Shown one piece after another: positions 1 through 12,540 of a DNA stretch of 44,733 nucleotides (within the stretch, counting starts at the first letter, position 1; every line of letters starts with the position of its first letter). The notes beneath the pieces were generated by a model. The model was not told where the DNA came from and did no database searches. It was given only the letters and a program-made list of their open reading frames with translations. Position numbers and translations under genes: made by a program. The stretch is from Nemertoderma westbladi (taxonomy: Eukaryota > Animalia > Xenacoelomorpha), in assembly GCA_032718475.1 (NCBI GenBank), contig JAUCBJ010001854.1:1-44733 (forward strand), written 5' to 3'.

Positions 1-350
1 AATATAAGTTTTAATATAGTATTTAATGTTTTAATAATAATCAGCTATTCTAGCTCAATGTGACTTTAGTTATTCACAAATACACGAACGCAATGAAAAT
101 AACTTTACCATAAACTTGGCCATTTACGAATATAGTTTGTACACAGATGCAGTACTCTACTCGCTCATCTTTATAAACCTCGTTACGCTCGTTCTCTTCA
201 TTTTGTCACCATAATTTTTTATATTTTATCCAGTGACAATAAAGTATCTGTTTGAACTCTAGACGGGTACAATGGCTTACTGACAGGAAGGGGTTGTGGT
301 CAGCGGAATATAAAGTACATTTATTTGCCGAGTAATAAAAAGTAAATAAC

Positions 351-704
351 CTTTCCGCTGCTTCGCTTTGAAGCGATTGTACTCGATATTCTTTATGGAC
401 TGCTGGAAGTCGGGTACGGCCGGCTCGGTTTGGGCGTACGGAGTGGAGGTCGTCCGGGATATCTTTTTGAGCCGTATACTCCCGGACACGTCCGGAATCT
501 CGGACACGGCCTTGCGTCCGAGACTGGTGGTGTTGAGCTCCTCGTCGCCCTCCTCCACGCGTTGGTTCTTTATCGCCTGTCGGTAGGCGCTGCGGTCGAA
601 ACCCTCGCGGATCCGGAGGATGCAGACGCCGTAACGGAGGTCGAACGCGTTGTGTATGACCTCGACGTACCCGGGGAGCGAGCTAATCGAGTCCTTCCAA
701 TCCC
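351..704 (-). CDS. SLC12 NKCC-like cotransporter, coding exon 4 (gene continues beyond window start)
   Basis: AG acceptor at 706-705. Manual translation gives GDWKDSISSLPGYVEVIHNAFDLRYGVCILRIREGFD...FKAKQRK, matching the SLC12 C-terminal domain just before the GTIDVWW motif. GT donor at 350. Confidence 0.88.
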
Positions 705-1042
705 CTTTAATATTAATAAATGGAAATAAATATTATCTAATTTTGTAACAATTAAAACTTAATGGTTAATTATTCTTAATAAAAAAGTAAAAAAATAGGA
801 AAAAAAAAATTTTTTTAATAAAAAAATAGAAAAAAAATAGAAAAATAAAAAATAACAAATTTTTTTTTAAATGAATTAAAAAAAACACACATTTTTTAAT
901 AGAAAAATAGGATAATTACAGGATATTCAACGTTGGGAGTTAGTGTGGCGCTGCCTTACAGGTAACTGCCAAGAGAGGTAAGCGATAAAGTTATTATTAA
1001 TACAGATAAATAACATGTTCTAGAATGTTGAATTAAAATTAC

Positions 1043-1835
1043 CTTTAAATCCCATAAACAACGTGTTCGGCCTCAACCTCCCCAAACCGCTGGACTCCAT
1101 TAACGCTTGCGCCCCCGTGCGGAAGTCCCCGCACGCTATAGACGTGTAGAACGCCTTCACCTTATTCGCTGCCAGCCAATCCTTGTAGACTTTCAGCTTC
1201 AAGCCGATCTTCTGGTACTGCGGCTTCGATTCGCTAACAACATTGCCGCACAACATCAGCGTGTTGTTTTTGGTTACCTGGTTGACGAAGTAGACGAGAG
1301 CGGGTCTGTCTACGGGCGGCCCGCTGAGGACTAGACACTGCGGTCGGAAGGTCTTTATGTGTTCGTTCTGTCGGGTTAGTTTCAGTATCGCGCCTAGAGT
1401 GGAGGTGTAGAGGAGCGCTTGGGCGGAGGTTCCCCAGTTAACGTCGGGTTCGTTGTAATGGAGGACCCCGTAGAGGACGGCGATGATAAAGGCGGTGATC
1501 AGAGCGGTGTACCAGTTGATAATGAACATGATGCCGATACAGAGAAGGCAGCCGAGCAGCGCGATGTATTTATGGTAGAAACGGAACCCGGGGCGGAAGC
1601 CCGGGGAGTTACTGATCGAAGCGATGAAACAGGAGCCGTTGATGAGGGCGTAGCACATGAGGAAGAAGTTGGAGATGAGAGGGGCGATCGCGTTGAGTTT
1701 CCCGATGGCGATGCAGCCCGAGAAGATGAGGAAGCAGAGGATGTAGGCGCGCCAGGGCTCGTTGTTACGGCCGTATCCCTTCCCGAAGAAATCGATGTAA
1801 GGGAACAAATTGTCGTTGCAGACGGCCTGGAATAC
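1043..1835 (-). CDS. SLC12 NKCC-like cotransporter, coding exon 3
   Basis: Acceptor CCAG ends at 1836. Encodes VFQAVCNDNLFP, LNAIAPLISNFFLMCYALIN, PDVNWGTS, HIKTFRPQCLVL and GLGRLRPNTLFMGFK. GTAATT donor at 1042 (phase 1). Confidence 0.95.
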
Positions 1836-1845
1836 CTGGAGATGT

Positions 1846-1879
1846 AATTAATTAATTAATTAATTAATTAATTAATTAA
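1846..1879. repeat. (TTAA)n microsatellite
   Basis: About 8 perfect TTAA/AATT copies next to the exon 3 acceptor. Confidence 0.9.
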
Positions 1880-3160
1880 ACAACACGTAAGATACATTAG
1901 GGAGAGACCATACATTCCCCTTGTCTATTAGTTATGCTAATGTTACTTTCAGTTTCTCTATTTATAGCGATAATAATATAAATATAAAATATAAATATAA
2001 TAATAATGTCTGAATAAACGTATTAATATTAATATGCGATATTAATATATTTACAATATTCGATGTTTTTTTTAAGAACCCTACCATAAGGGACTTTTGA
2101 GATTTGTCGAGTTTTGAAATCTCTTTGAGAATTTATCGATGGTTATTACACTACGGGGAATTATTAATATTAATATAACAACTAAATAAGATTTGAATAA
2201 AAGTTTAAAAACGGAAGGAACTATTAAGGATAATGGAGAAAACAATATGGGAGAAGGTTGCAATGTAGAGTCGGAATGTTGATTAGGGTTCGAGTACAAC
2301 AATCGGACAATAATAACCGAAATCGTGGGAACTGCTGAATAAGTACGCAGAATGAAGGAAAGTCCGAATAGCAGCTATTTACATAGGTCTGTGGGTCGGA
2401 TCTTAATTCTGATTGGTCAATATCTGAATGAAAATATATACTAAATATTATATATAAATATGAATATGAATAATATATATTCCTTAGATATTAAATAAAT
2501 AAATAAATAGTCTATTAAATAACATTCTCCATAATCTAGTCCATCCTGTGTAATACATTAAACATGCGAACAAACACATTAATCATACCAAATCAGATAT
2601 CTGCCAAATAAGCCGACTTCCGGCACCAAGCAGGTAATTGTTGGTACCCGGGGGGGGGGGGGGGGGATATACAATAAAAAGCCACCAGTAAGCCACGTAC
2701 ACTACCAAGTTAAGACTGAGGGGCGAGCCACGAGGTTGGCGGAGCCTTAACGGACTGGCACTGTTCGTTCCCACAACATTATCGCCCCAATGACCTGCTA
2801 ATAACTTAGTCGGATTTCAATCTATCGAGTTGAAAATTTGTAGGAATCAATAGGACAACAAGAGATAATTTAAGAGACTTCCAGACGCCATCAGTTCAAC
2901 AGTAACCCGCTAGAGGTCCAAAGATTAAATGACCTCCTATTTATTCGCTATTAATCCGTTCAAACAGAATGTTGGCAGAAATACGTTCTGGGCCATCAAC
3001 AGGTGGTAGAGTGATCAGGGGAGATCTGCTTATTGGCGTATCTAAGAGGTTGTTCTACAAGGTGCTGCTCGGTTTAAAAGATGATACACTTACATAAAGG
3101 AACATGGGGGGGGGGGGGTAGTTTATATAGTTCGAAACGTTTTAAGTAAATCTAACCAAC

Positions 3161-3976
3161 CTTGGGTGCACTAACGATGCTAGCGAGCGCGCTGGATAGA
3201 GTAGCGGCGATAATACCGCAGAGGATAACGTATCCGTTAGCGGAGACCAACTCCATGACCTGGTTGGAGTGGTGGAGCCCCCAGAGGCAGTTGAGACCCT
3301 CGGTGCAGTTCCGTTGGGGGTACTCGACGAGCCAGTCGACCTCCCGCTGCACGCAGCTGCCCGCCAGCACCGCCATGAGGACGTAGACGAAGGTGCTGAG
3401 AACGATGGCCACCAGGGTGCCCTTGGGGATCGCGGAGGAGGGATCCTTGAGATCCCCGGAGATGTTGGCCCCCGCGAGGATCCCGGTCGCCGCCGGGAAG
3501 AAGATGGCGAACACGCCGAAGAACGTCTGGGGCTGGTCGGAGCCCTTCTCGGCGATGTAGGAGGGTAGCGAGTTGTTCGCGAAGATTCCCGAGGATAGAC
3601 CGTGGAATCCCTTAGCGAAGCGCTCCGAGTCCACAGCGGGGGTGATAAACACGCCGACCAGGAAGGTGACTATGGAGACAACGAGCACAGCGAGTAACAC
3701 CAACTGCATCTTGGCTTCCCACTCCATCCCCGCTAATGTAACACACAGTAGGAAGCAGCCGGTTAGCAGCCCTATTATACGGATATCGTTAATGTCCCCG
3801 TCCACTATTTCCGCGCCCTCCAGGTAGTTCCCCATGACGCTGAACACGATGGTCTCGCTGAACCCCACGACGTACATAGAGACGGCGACCGCGTTGGCTA
3901 TAGAGAATACAATACCGATAGCGCCGCCGAAACCTGGTCCGAGACTCCGAGAGATAAGGAAGTAGGCGCCGCCACC
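3161..3976 (-). CDS. SLC12 NKCC-like cotransporter, coding exon 2
   Basis: Acceptor TTACAG ends at 3977. Encodes GGGAYFLISRSLGP, FFPAATGILAGANISGDLKDPSSAIPKGT and ATLSSALASIVSAPK. GT donor at 3160. Confidence 0.95.
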
Positions 3977-4642
3977 CTGTAAGCCAATATATAGAAATAA
4001 TAATAACAATAATGATTACATGATGGGGCGTTAGTTACTGAGGGGGGGGGGGGGGGGGGGGGAACTACTAATTATATAGTCTCCTCCATAAATTAGATCC
4101 AATATTAACATTTTCTCCGCACTAAAGTACTTATATAATGTCACAGCCTCAAACTGTTTAACTAGATATTCTAGACAACGACTAGAATGCTTTAGGAGTA
4201 ACTTCTGCATCATTAATTAATTTTTCTGACCGAATAATAATAAATACCGGTAATTTATTATTTATTATTTTATTAGGTTTAAATATATTTTATTTTACTT
4301 ATTTCAGCCAATCAGTGCCTCTATACCAATGGATTCGTCTCTTTCAATTTGTTATTCTGAATTTAATATTTTGGATTTTGAACTTTTTAACGGGCGCTTT
4401 GTGCCGCATTCATATTTCCAGGTGAGTTCAATAATAATATAATAATAATGAATATATATCTTTAATTCCAACATTGGACAATAAAACAGTAAATTAAATA
4501 ATAAGTAATTAAGTAGCACATTAATATAATAAAATAATTAATAAAAGGTTAAAAGGAGGTAACAACAAGGCGACTATTTATATGAATATCTTTCTAATAA
4601 CATTAGACGTAGAGGCGCATTTATTTCGGAGGTAATGGGCGG

Positions 4643-5490
4643 TCAAGACGCATCAGGAATAGCGCTATTTGTAAGTCTGAAAGGCTGGGTGGTACTTTCT
4701 GACACTGGGAATAGTGGGTCCTTTCTTCCGGCTGTATTGCCGAAGAGCCAGCAATGACAGCTATCTGAAGCTTTCCAGCAGTTCACATGCGCGCAGTATT
4801 GTTGATGGCACCCATTGGAGATCAGCATTGCACCAGCCCGTCGACGGAAGCCTGTTATGTTATCTAGAACAACGGTAGTTTCCTGAGGGTCTGAACCGTC
4901 GACTGCGTTTAGGATGGTGGTTGTCGAGGAAAATTTAGAAAGGCCACACCATAGTTTCCAAAAGAAGCCCCGTACGCGGTGTACATGTGGAAGAGAGCTG
5001 ATGTCACCGTTGTAGAAGATCCTGCATCCATATGTTACCGTTGGTAAAACAATACTAGACCAAAGGCGCTCTGCAGATTCTTTTGATAAAATCGTTAGTT
5101 CTACTTTCGAGGCGAGCCTCACGCAGCAGGCGATCACTTTTTTTTATAGGTGGTTGTAATGGCCATTCGGGCCGTTTTTCGTCGAAAGAATGATTCCCAA
5201 GTAATTGAATGAATTTTCAAATTCTATTCTGGAGCCTTTGTCCGTTTTGGAGAGACGTCCGCCGCTTTTGTTTATTTCAGATTCATAGACAGGTCATTCT
5301 CATCCCAATAGTGAGCTAAAATATCGAGACTTCTTTGTAAGTCGGAGATTGAGGAACCAAAAATGACTACATCGTCAGCGTACATTATCATGAGGCATCC
5401 TGTCACCATTAGATAGAGCGGGTAAGTTTGCAACAAACATCCTGAAGAGAAGTGGCGAAAGTTTATCCCCCTGAATGACTCCCACTGTTC
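4643..5490 (-). mobile_element. 5'-truncated, decayed non-LTR retrotransposon (LINE) RT fragment in SLC12 intron 1
   Basis: MYADDVVIF...DLQRSLDILAHYWDENDLSMNLK (RT core 5), ENSFNYLGII near 5190-5220 (RT core 7), LWSSIVLPTVTYGC (thumb) and a Cys/His-rich tail. Broken by stops and frameshifts. Confidence 0.8.
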
Positions 5491-7120
5491 GATAAATATA
5501 ATTAATATTAATAATAAATAATAATAAATTAATATAATAATAACTAGAGTACATAAATATGGTGGCACCGCCATAGCACTCGGCCGTGACGCCATTGGCA
5601 GGAAGTTGGATGACGTCAGCGACACCACGGAGATTTCTCCGAGATTCTTAATGAATGTTCACTGCTAACAGATCAAATTTAATTGGCAATTGACAAATGG
5701 CAATTGAATTGCATGGATTCAATCCAATTTTAGAAATATTACCAAACAATTAATTGTTGTAATTAAGTTGTGGTTCACAAACAATTAATTGTAATTGTAA
5801 TTTCACAAATCACTTACACAATTAATTGCCTTTAATTGCCCCAGCATAGCATTCCCAATGCACGCTGTATTGGGCTTACCAATTGCGGATTACTATTACT
5901 TTGTTAAGCCGGCATAGCATCTCAATGTGCAGCTTCAACGCAGCAGGTCGATTAATTAATTACATACAGGGCTCCTAGCGCTTTATGATAAAAAATGGCC
6001 ACGATATTTCCATGATTTCCAGAGAAAGATAAAGACTCCTTATCGATAAGATACAACTAAACTAAACAAGATATAATATTAATTATATTATTAAACCTTC
6101 AAAAGCAAGTCGCACTCCTAACTAAAATTCTCAAAATTCAACCCTGTCCGGCCGGATATCCGGCGGATTTTGGGCAAAATCTGCTATCCGGTAATCCGGC
6201 CGGGTTAAAAATCCGATGATACGCCGGAGAATTTGTAAAGTCAATCAATGTTTTGTATAACTTTTATTATTAATACTCACTTTTTCTTTTTATAATTTTT
6301 TAATTTTAATTTAATAAAAATAATAATAAATAATAAAAATTGATTCAATAAATTTTCTGAAAGAGTCAACAATTAAATCTGAATCATATATAATTTTTAT
6401 AAATATCAAGATCAACTCAATTCAACCAACATATAACGTAATAACTCAACTCAAATCAATATATCATATCAACACAAACTCTTATCAATTGAAATTTATC
6501 TCAAACTTTATCAAATTATGGTAAATAAAGAGGACCTCTTCTCCTCTCGGGAGGAAGACGACTCCTCTTCTAATCTAGAATGTCTCCGAACTTGGAGAAC
6601 ATTGCCCTCGGAGAAGATAACTGAATCCTGAAGTTGTTTGATGCCAAATCCAATGTACCACTGTACCAGTACTTTACGAAAATTTGAGAAGTAAAACTTC
6701 GATTTAACTTCCTAAGAGAATGGCAATGATTAAAAGCCCACAGAATTAGGGCGCAAACAGATATCGCAATACATCTATAATCAATTAGCTCTAGTGACAA
6801 GGCAAAAGGGTCTATAGATAAGTCAATAAGAACCACCTGGAATATCCGGAAAAATTCTACCGATATCCGATCCGGACCGGAAGCAAGAAGTGCTATCCTG
6901 TGCAACCCTATCTAAAATAAAACTGTATCCTGTTCTCTTTACAGATAAATATAAAAATAATTTAAATAGTGACCGACGACATGAAAAAATCCATTTTATT
7001 CCATGATATTTCCATGATTCATTGTTTTTTCCATGACTTCTACATGATTTCCAGGTTTTTCGAAACTCTATTTATTTTTATTTCAATTTATTGTAAAGTT
7101 ATTTGAAGTACTTCGGGTTC

Positions 7121-7432
7121 GGCCCGTGCTCCACTGGCACCACACGAGTCGAATGTCATAAGTCATTTTCAGATTTAGTCTGAGTCCGTATGTCAGAAGT
7201 ATAGCTCCCGTGCTCCACTGGTAATAAGTCATAAGTCTTTTCTTAAAAAATATAAGATGCGTCTCACATTTAATGGAACACTTGAACATTTAATGGTGTG
7301 CTGCTACCCAAAGTAACCAATTGCCAGAAAGAACTCCTGTGTCGAATGTCAAAAGATGGAACATGGGACATAATCACTTTCGACTCTTGGGTCGTAACAA
7401 ACAACTTATGACATACCAGTGGAGCACGGGCC
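7121..7432. mobile_element. Probable MITE remnant
   Basis: GGCCCGTGCTCCACTGG at ~7121 with a direct partial copy at ~7208 and an inverted copy CCAGTGGAGCACGGGCC at ~7416-7432. TGTCATAAGT/ACTTATGACA is also inverted. No TSD resolved. Confidence 0.45.
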
Positions 7433-7806
7433 TTACTGTTACATCTTACTGCATATAAATCAGATATGTTTTTAAATATTGCTAAAAATGCCACCCCATC
7501 ACAAGGTACGCGGCAAACTTCGCCCTGAAAATGCGTGTTAACAACATCGATTATTGTTTTGGTTAGAAAAAGCCGTCTCTGTAACCTGCTCCTTTCCCCC
7601 CAATCGGGTTAACTTACTCGTTACGCTCGTCCTTCGTAAACAAACATTCACACTCGAGTCCCGGCGCGTTAGATAAACTCCTACTTTATACTGCACAGGC
7701 CTAGAGAAAATAAATTAAATATCCCGCCACTCGACTGCTGTATTCTAGTTGCTAAGCGACGGTTATAAACAACCCGGAAGTAATATATTATCGCTGTTTC
7801 ACTCAC

Positions 7807-8496
7807 CTTAACCTCGCCGTTAGTGCAGATCGCCGACATAGACAAGGTCGTTATTGTGGTAACAACGCCGGATAGACCAATAATAACCACGGCGAGCAGT
7901 ATACCCGCCTGTCCGACAACGTACGACAGCCGAAGGAATAACATAACCCCCCAGATGTTTAGCAAACACCGCACCAGAACACCCTTCATCCACCCGAACT
8001 TCACCAAGGCGGGGGCTTTCTCCACGACCACCGAGGTTTCTTTCTTCTCGTCCGTCGCCCCGTCTCTCTCCCCGAACTCTCCCGAATCGTCGGACTCCAG
8101 CTGTTGCGACGAGGACTGCAGTTGGTCCAGAGTCGGACGGGAACCTTCCCCGCTCGCGTAGAATCGCATACTCGGTTTGACGTCCACCGTGTTGTGTCCG
8201 AATGTTTTGTTCTCATCGAAGGATAAGACAGACAGAGAGTGATCTCTACGATCATCCCCGGAATCTCTTCGCTCGTTCGTCTCGTTGTCTTCATCCTCCC
8301 CGGGGTCTCCCAACTCGAGGACCGTGTTGAAGCTAACCTGTTTATCGAGTTTTGGGTGCTCCCGCTCGGGGGACTTCAGTCCCACCGAGTGGGACGGGAT
8401 TCGAGTTACCGAGAATCGACTCGGGGCCTCCGAGGTTTCGTCATAATCTTCGTCGCACAAAGGTTTAACGATGTCGATTTCCACTGGTCCGTCCAT
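7807..8496 (-). CDS. SLC12 Na-K-2Cl cotransporter (NKCC-like), coding exon 1
   Basis: ATG at 8496. Contains the SPAK/OSR1 docking motif RFSV, the NKCC regulatory Thr motif KTFGHNTVD and KFGWMKGVLVRCLLNIWGVMLFLRLS (TM1). Donor GTGAGT at 7806-7801 follows TNGEVK and joins in frame to GGGAYFLISRSLG. Confidence 0.93.
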
Positions 8497-10191
8497 GATG
8501 GGGGGGGAGGGGGGGGGGGGGGGGTTGGTGGGAGGAGGTTGGTGGGAGGAGGTTGGTGGGGGAGTTTACTGGCTTATAACAGTATATGGGGAAAGTTAAC
8601 CCAGTAACCAGGTTTAAGTTACAAATAAATACAGACAAATAATAAGATATCAGCTTGTTCAGTTGTTATAGCGGTACATAACAGACACAAAAATAAAGTC
8701 TATTTAGAAATTTACCTGCGCCAACTGTATAAGCATAAATACATAGGTGTTACTTTCTGACTTTTGTTGCCTTCTGCTGAGCTGACAACTGTAGGTAGAA
8801 TTAGAATCAAAATGCCTATAATATTATACAGTATAGTTAGTCTATTAGTATAGTTGTGGTTGTGTGACTACGGTACTGGACTTAGTAGGCCAAGCAGCCA
8901 AGTCTGCTAGTGAAATGATACGTAGATGGTGCGTACTGGCTTAATACTGTATTGTATTAAACCAGCCTATAGCTCAGTTTGTTTAACGGTAGGTGTTATA
9001 TTTCTCGGATAAATGAATGAAACTCGAATCTACGGTACTTCCGGTGGCTGTATCTGAGTACTGAATGTCAGTATGTTCACGTTGGCTAGCATATTGACTT
9101 CCCCATATGTACAAGTGAGACCGGGTTGGAAACTGGACGCAAATCCTGCCTTGGCGAATTAATATCCCGCCTCAATGTTAAATTCTCAATTTAGGGAAAG
9201 GAGCAGGTTGCAGTGGCACGTTATTTTAACCAAAACAATAGAACAGGTTACAGTTTTATTTTTGCGAGTAATCATCTGTTATTTGCGTCCAATTTCCCCT
9301 GCAGATACTGTAGATAATAATACTGTAGATATGTACTTTTAAAATAACAAGCATGTACACGAGATTTACTTGAGATACTCGGCTACAAAGATAAATATAT
9401 TTGTAATACAATCCTCCTTACATTAGTAACAATCCATATATATATAATAAACTGATCATATAAAATTGAAACATGTATAATGTAGCCTAAATAGGAACCT
9501 ACTGTATACAATAATTAAACGACATATGGCACATTATTGTACTTGTAATCATTATTATTGTTACTCTTCCTTCTGGCCGCATCTGACTTCTTCCCGAAAC
9601 AGTATTTTAGCTATTTGGACCTGGGTGGCTGCAGCTACTCAAGTATTTATTGCTGCTGTGAATGATTCATACATTACGAATTCACAACAACAATTAATTG
9701 AGTTTGAATGCGGAAAGGAAATGTAATCAGTGTTGGTGTGAGAAAACTTAGGTAATAAATTCATCTCCTGTGCTGTTACAGTATGTAGATACAATCACTG
9801 TTAGCAAAAGATACACCCATCCTATTAGATAGTGAAGGGCGACATTAGTTATACTTCATATTAGACCCTGTACTCATCATCACATTACTTTGATAAGGAA
9901 ATACAATGAAGTCCTTACCATAATGGACAACAAATTATCAACAATTATTTTATCAAATTCACACGCACTTTAGTTTCAACTCGTTTATCAGACAAATACA
10001 AATATTTAATTTGTTTTTGGGTTATTTAATTGCTCATCTGCCATCAAATGTTTCTCTGAATAATCAAATTTGCAATTGATACCACACGCCATGTAGTTAG
10101 TGTACAAAACTCGATAACTTTGGTTATGGAAAGGGGGGAAGCCAACCGTAATATATGTACAATGAACTACTACTTGTACTACGGAATATAA

Positions 10192-10450
10192 TCAGTTAGC
10201 TACATAGTGGATTTGTTCAGTCGCTATACTTCTTCTAGCAGGGAGGTCCCGAGTTCGATCCCGTGCTGCGCCAGTTACAATTTCGAAACTGGTTTGCCGA
10301 TCCAGCGATATGGGAGGAACCTTGCTTCTTCTGGGGGGTAACTGCCAAGAGAGAGGAACCTTCTGGTTGCCGCATGTGGTTCGCGTTTCACAGACGTTGA
10401 GCACCGGGCGCAATCTATTGGTTGTAGGTTCGAGACCGCCAGGGTTCAAA
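10192..10450 (+). mobile_element. tRNA-derived SINE-like head (Pol III A/B boxes)
   Basis: A-box-like TAGCTACATAGTGG at 10197, B box GAGTTCGATCC at 10251-10261 and a second B box GGTTCGAGACC at 10427-10437. No intact cloverleaf seen. Confidence 0.5.
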
Positions 10451-10509
10451 CAGCTGGTGTCAATGGGTGCGAGTTAAATTAAACTTTGGTTACGCAAAAA
10501 TTTCTGGTA

Positions 10510-12540
10510 GCGAGTAGCCCACCCCTACCTCAGGGTAGCAGATAGGAGTAGCGCCCACCCCTACCTTCGGGTAGCAGATAGGAGTAGCGACCACCCCTAC
10601 CTTCGTGTAGCAGATAGGAGTAGCGCCCACCCCTACCTTCGGGTAGCAGATAGGAGTAGCGCCCACCCCTACCTTCGGGTAGCAGATAGGAGTAGCGACC
10701 ACCCCTACCTTCGGGTAGCAGATAGGAGTAGCGCCCACCCCTACCTTCGTGTAGCAGATAGGAGTAGCGCCCACCCCTACCTTCGGGTAGCAGATAGGAG
10801 TAGCGACCACCCCTACCTTCGGGTAGCAGATAGGAGTAGCGCCAACCCCTACCTTCGTGTAGCAGATAGGAGTAGCGCCCACCCCTACCTTCGGGTAGCA
10901 GATAGGAGTAGCGACCACCCCTACCTTCGGGTAGCAGATAGGAGTAGCGCCCACCCCTACCTTCGTGTAGCAGATAGGAGTAGCGCCCACCCCTACCTTC
11001 GGGTAGCAGATAGGAGTAGCGACCACCCCTACCTTCGGGTAGCAGATAGGAGTAGCGCCCACCCCTACCTTCGGGTAGCAGATAGGAGTAGCGCCCACCC
11101 CTACCTTCTTGTAGCAGATAGGAGTATCGCCCACCCCTACCTTCGGTTAGCAGATAGGAGTAGCGCCCACCCCTACCTTCGGGTAGCAGATAGGAGTAGC
11201 GCCCACCCCTACCTTCGGGTAGCAGATAGGAGTAGCGTCCACCCCTACCTTCGGGTAGCAGATAGGAGTAGCGCCCACCCCTACCTTCGGGTAGCAGATA
11301 GGAGTAGCGCCCACCCCTACCTTCGGGTAGCAGATAGGAGTAGCGCCCACCCCTACCTTCGGGTAGCAGATAGGAGTAGCGTCCACCCCTACCTTCGGGT
11401 AGCAGATAGGAGTAGCGCCCACCCCTACCTTCGGGTAGCAGATAGGAGTAGCGCCCACCCCTACCTTCGGGTAGCAGATAGGAGTAGCGTCCACCCCTAC
11501 CTTCGGGTAGCAGATAGGAGTAGCGCCCACCCCTACCTTCGGGTAGCAGATAGGAGTAGCGCCCACCCCTACCTTCGGGTAGCAGATAGGAGTAGCGTGC
11601 ACCCCTACCTTCGGGTAGCAGATAGGAGTAGCGCCCACCCCTACCTTCGGGTAGCAGATAGGAGTAGCGCCCACCCCTACCTTTGGGTAGCAGATAGGAG
11701 TAGCGTCCACCCCTACCTTCGGGTAGCAGATAGGAGTAGCGCCCACCCCTACCATCGGGTAGCAGATAGGAGTCGCGCCCACCCCTACCATCGGGTAGCA
11801 GATAGGAGTAGCGCCCACCCCTACCTTCGGGTAGCAGATAGGAGTAGCGCCCACCCCTACCTTTGGGTAGCAGATAGGAGTAGCGCCTACCCCTACCTTC
11901 GGGTAGCAGATAGGAGTAGCGCCCACCCCTACCTTCGGGTAGCAGATAGGAGTAGCGTCCACCCCTACCTTCGGGTAGCAGATAGGAGTAGCGCCCACCC
12001 CTACCTTCGGGTAGCAGATAGGAGTAGCGCCCACCCCTACCTCTGGGTAGCAGATAGGAGTAGCGCCCACCCCTACCTTCGGGTAGCAGATAGGAGTAGC
12101 ACCCACCCCTACCTTCGGGTAGCAGATAGGAGTAGCGCCCACCCCTACCTTCGGGTAGCAGATAGGAGTAGCGCCCACCCCTACCTTCGGGTAGCAGATA
12201 GGAGTAGCGCCCACCCCTACCTTCGGGTAGCAGATAGGAGTAGCGCCCACCCCTACCTTCGGGTAGCAGATAGGAGTAGCGCCCACCCCTACCTTCGGGT
12301 AGCAGATAGGAGTAGCGCCCACCCCTACCTTCGGGTAGCAGATAGGAGTAGCGCCCACCCCTACCTTCGGGTAGCAGATAGGAGTAGCGTCCACCCCTAC
12401 CTTCGGGTAGCAGATAGGAGTAGCGCCCACCCCTACCTTCGGGTAGCAGATAGGAGTAGCGCCCACCCCTACCTTCGGGTAGCAGATAGGAGTAGCGCCC
12501 ACCCCTACCTTCGGGTAGCAGATAGGAGTAGCGTCCACCC
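10510..12540. repeat. 36-bp tandem array, left part (~56 units)
   Basis: Unit GCGCCCACCCCTACCTTCGGGTAGCAGATAGGAGTA, head-to-tail with point variants. Confidence 0.98.

Noticed and set aside
2040-2430. Possible LINE 3'-end remnant in SLC12 intron 2
   Set aside because: Only a vague resemblance, with no diagnostic RT motif.
6140-6912. CCGGATATCCGG-rich patches ending TGCAACCCTA (hAT-like end)
   Set aside because: Probably a transposon remnant, but paired TIRs and a TSD could not be defined.
368-8607. Plus-strand ORFs overlapping SLC12 exons, and the antisense ORFs within the retrotransposon
   Set aside because: Shadow ORFs of the real minus-strand coding sequence.
8968-9032. tRNA-like TAGCTCAG...CTCGAATC
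   Set aside because: No cloverleaf and a degenerate B box.
10510-12540. CRISPR-like appearance (36-bp hairpin repeat)
   Set aside because: Units are contiguous with no unique spacers, there are no cas genes and the context is eukaryotic.
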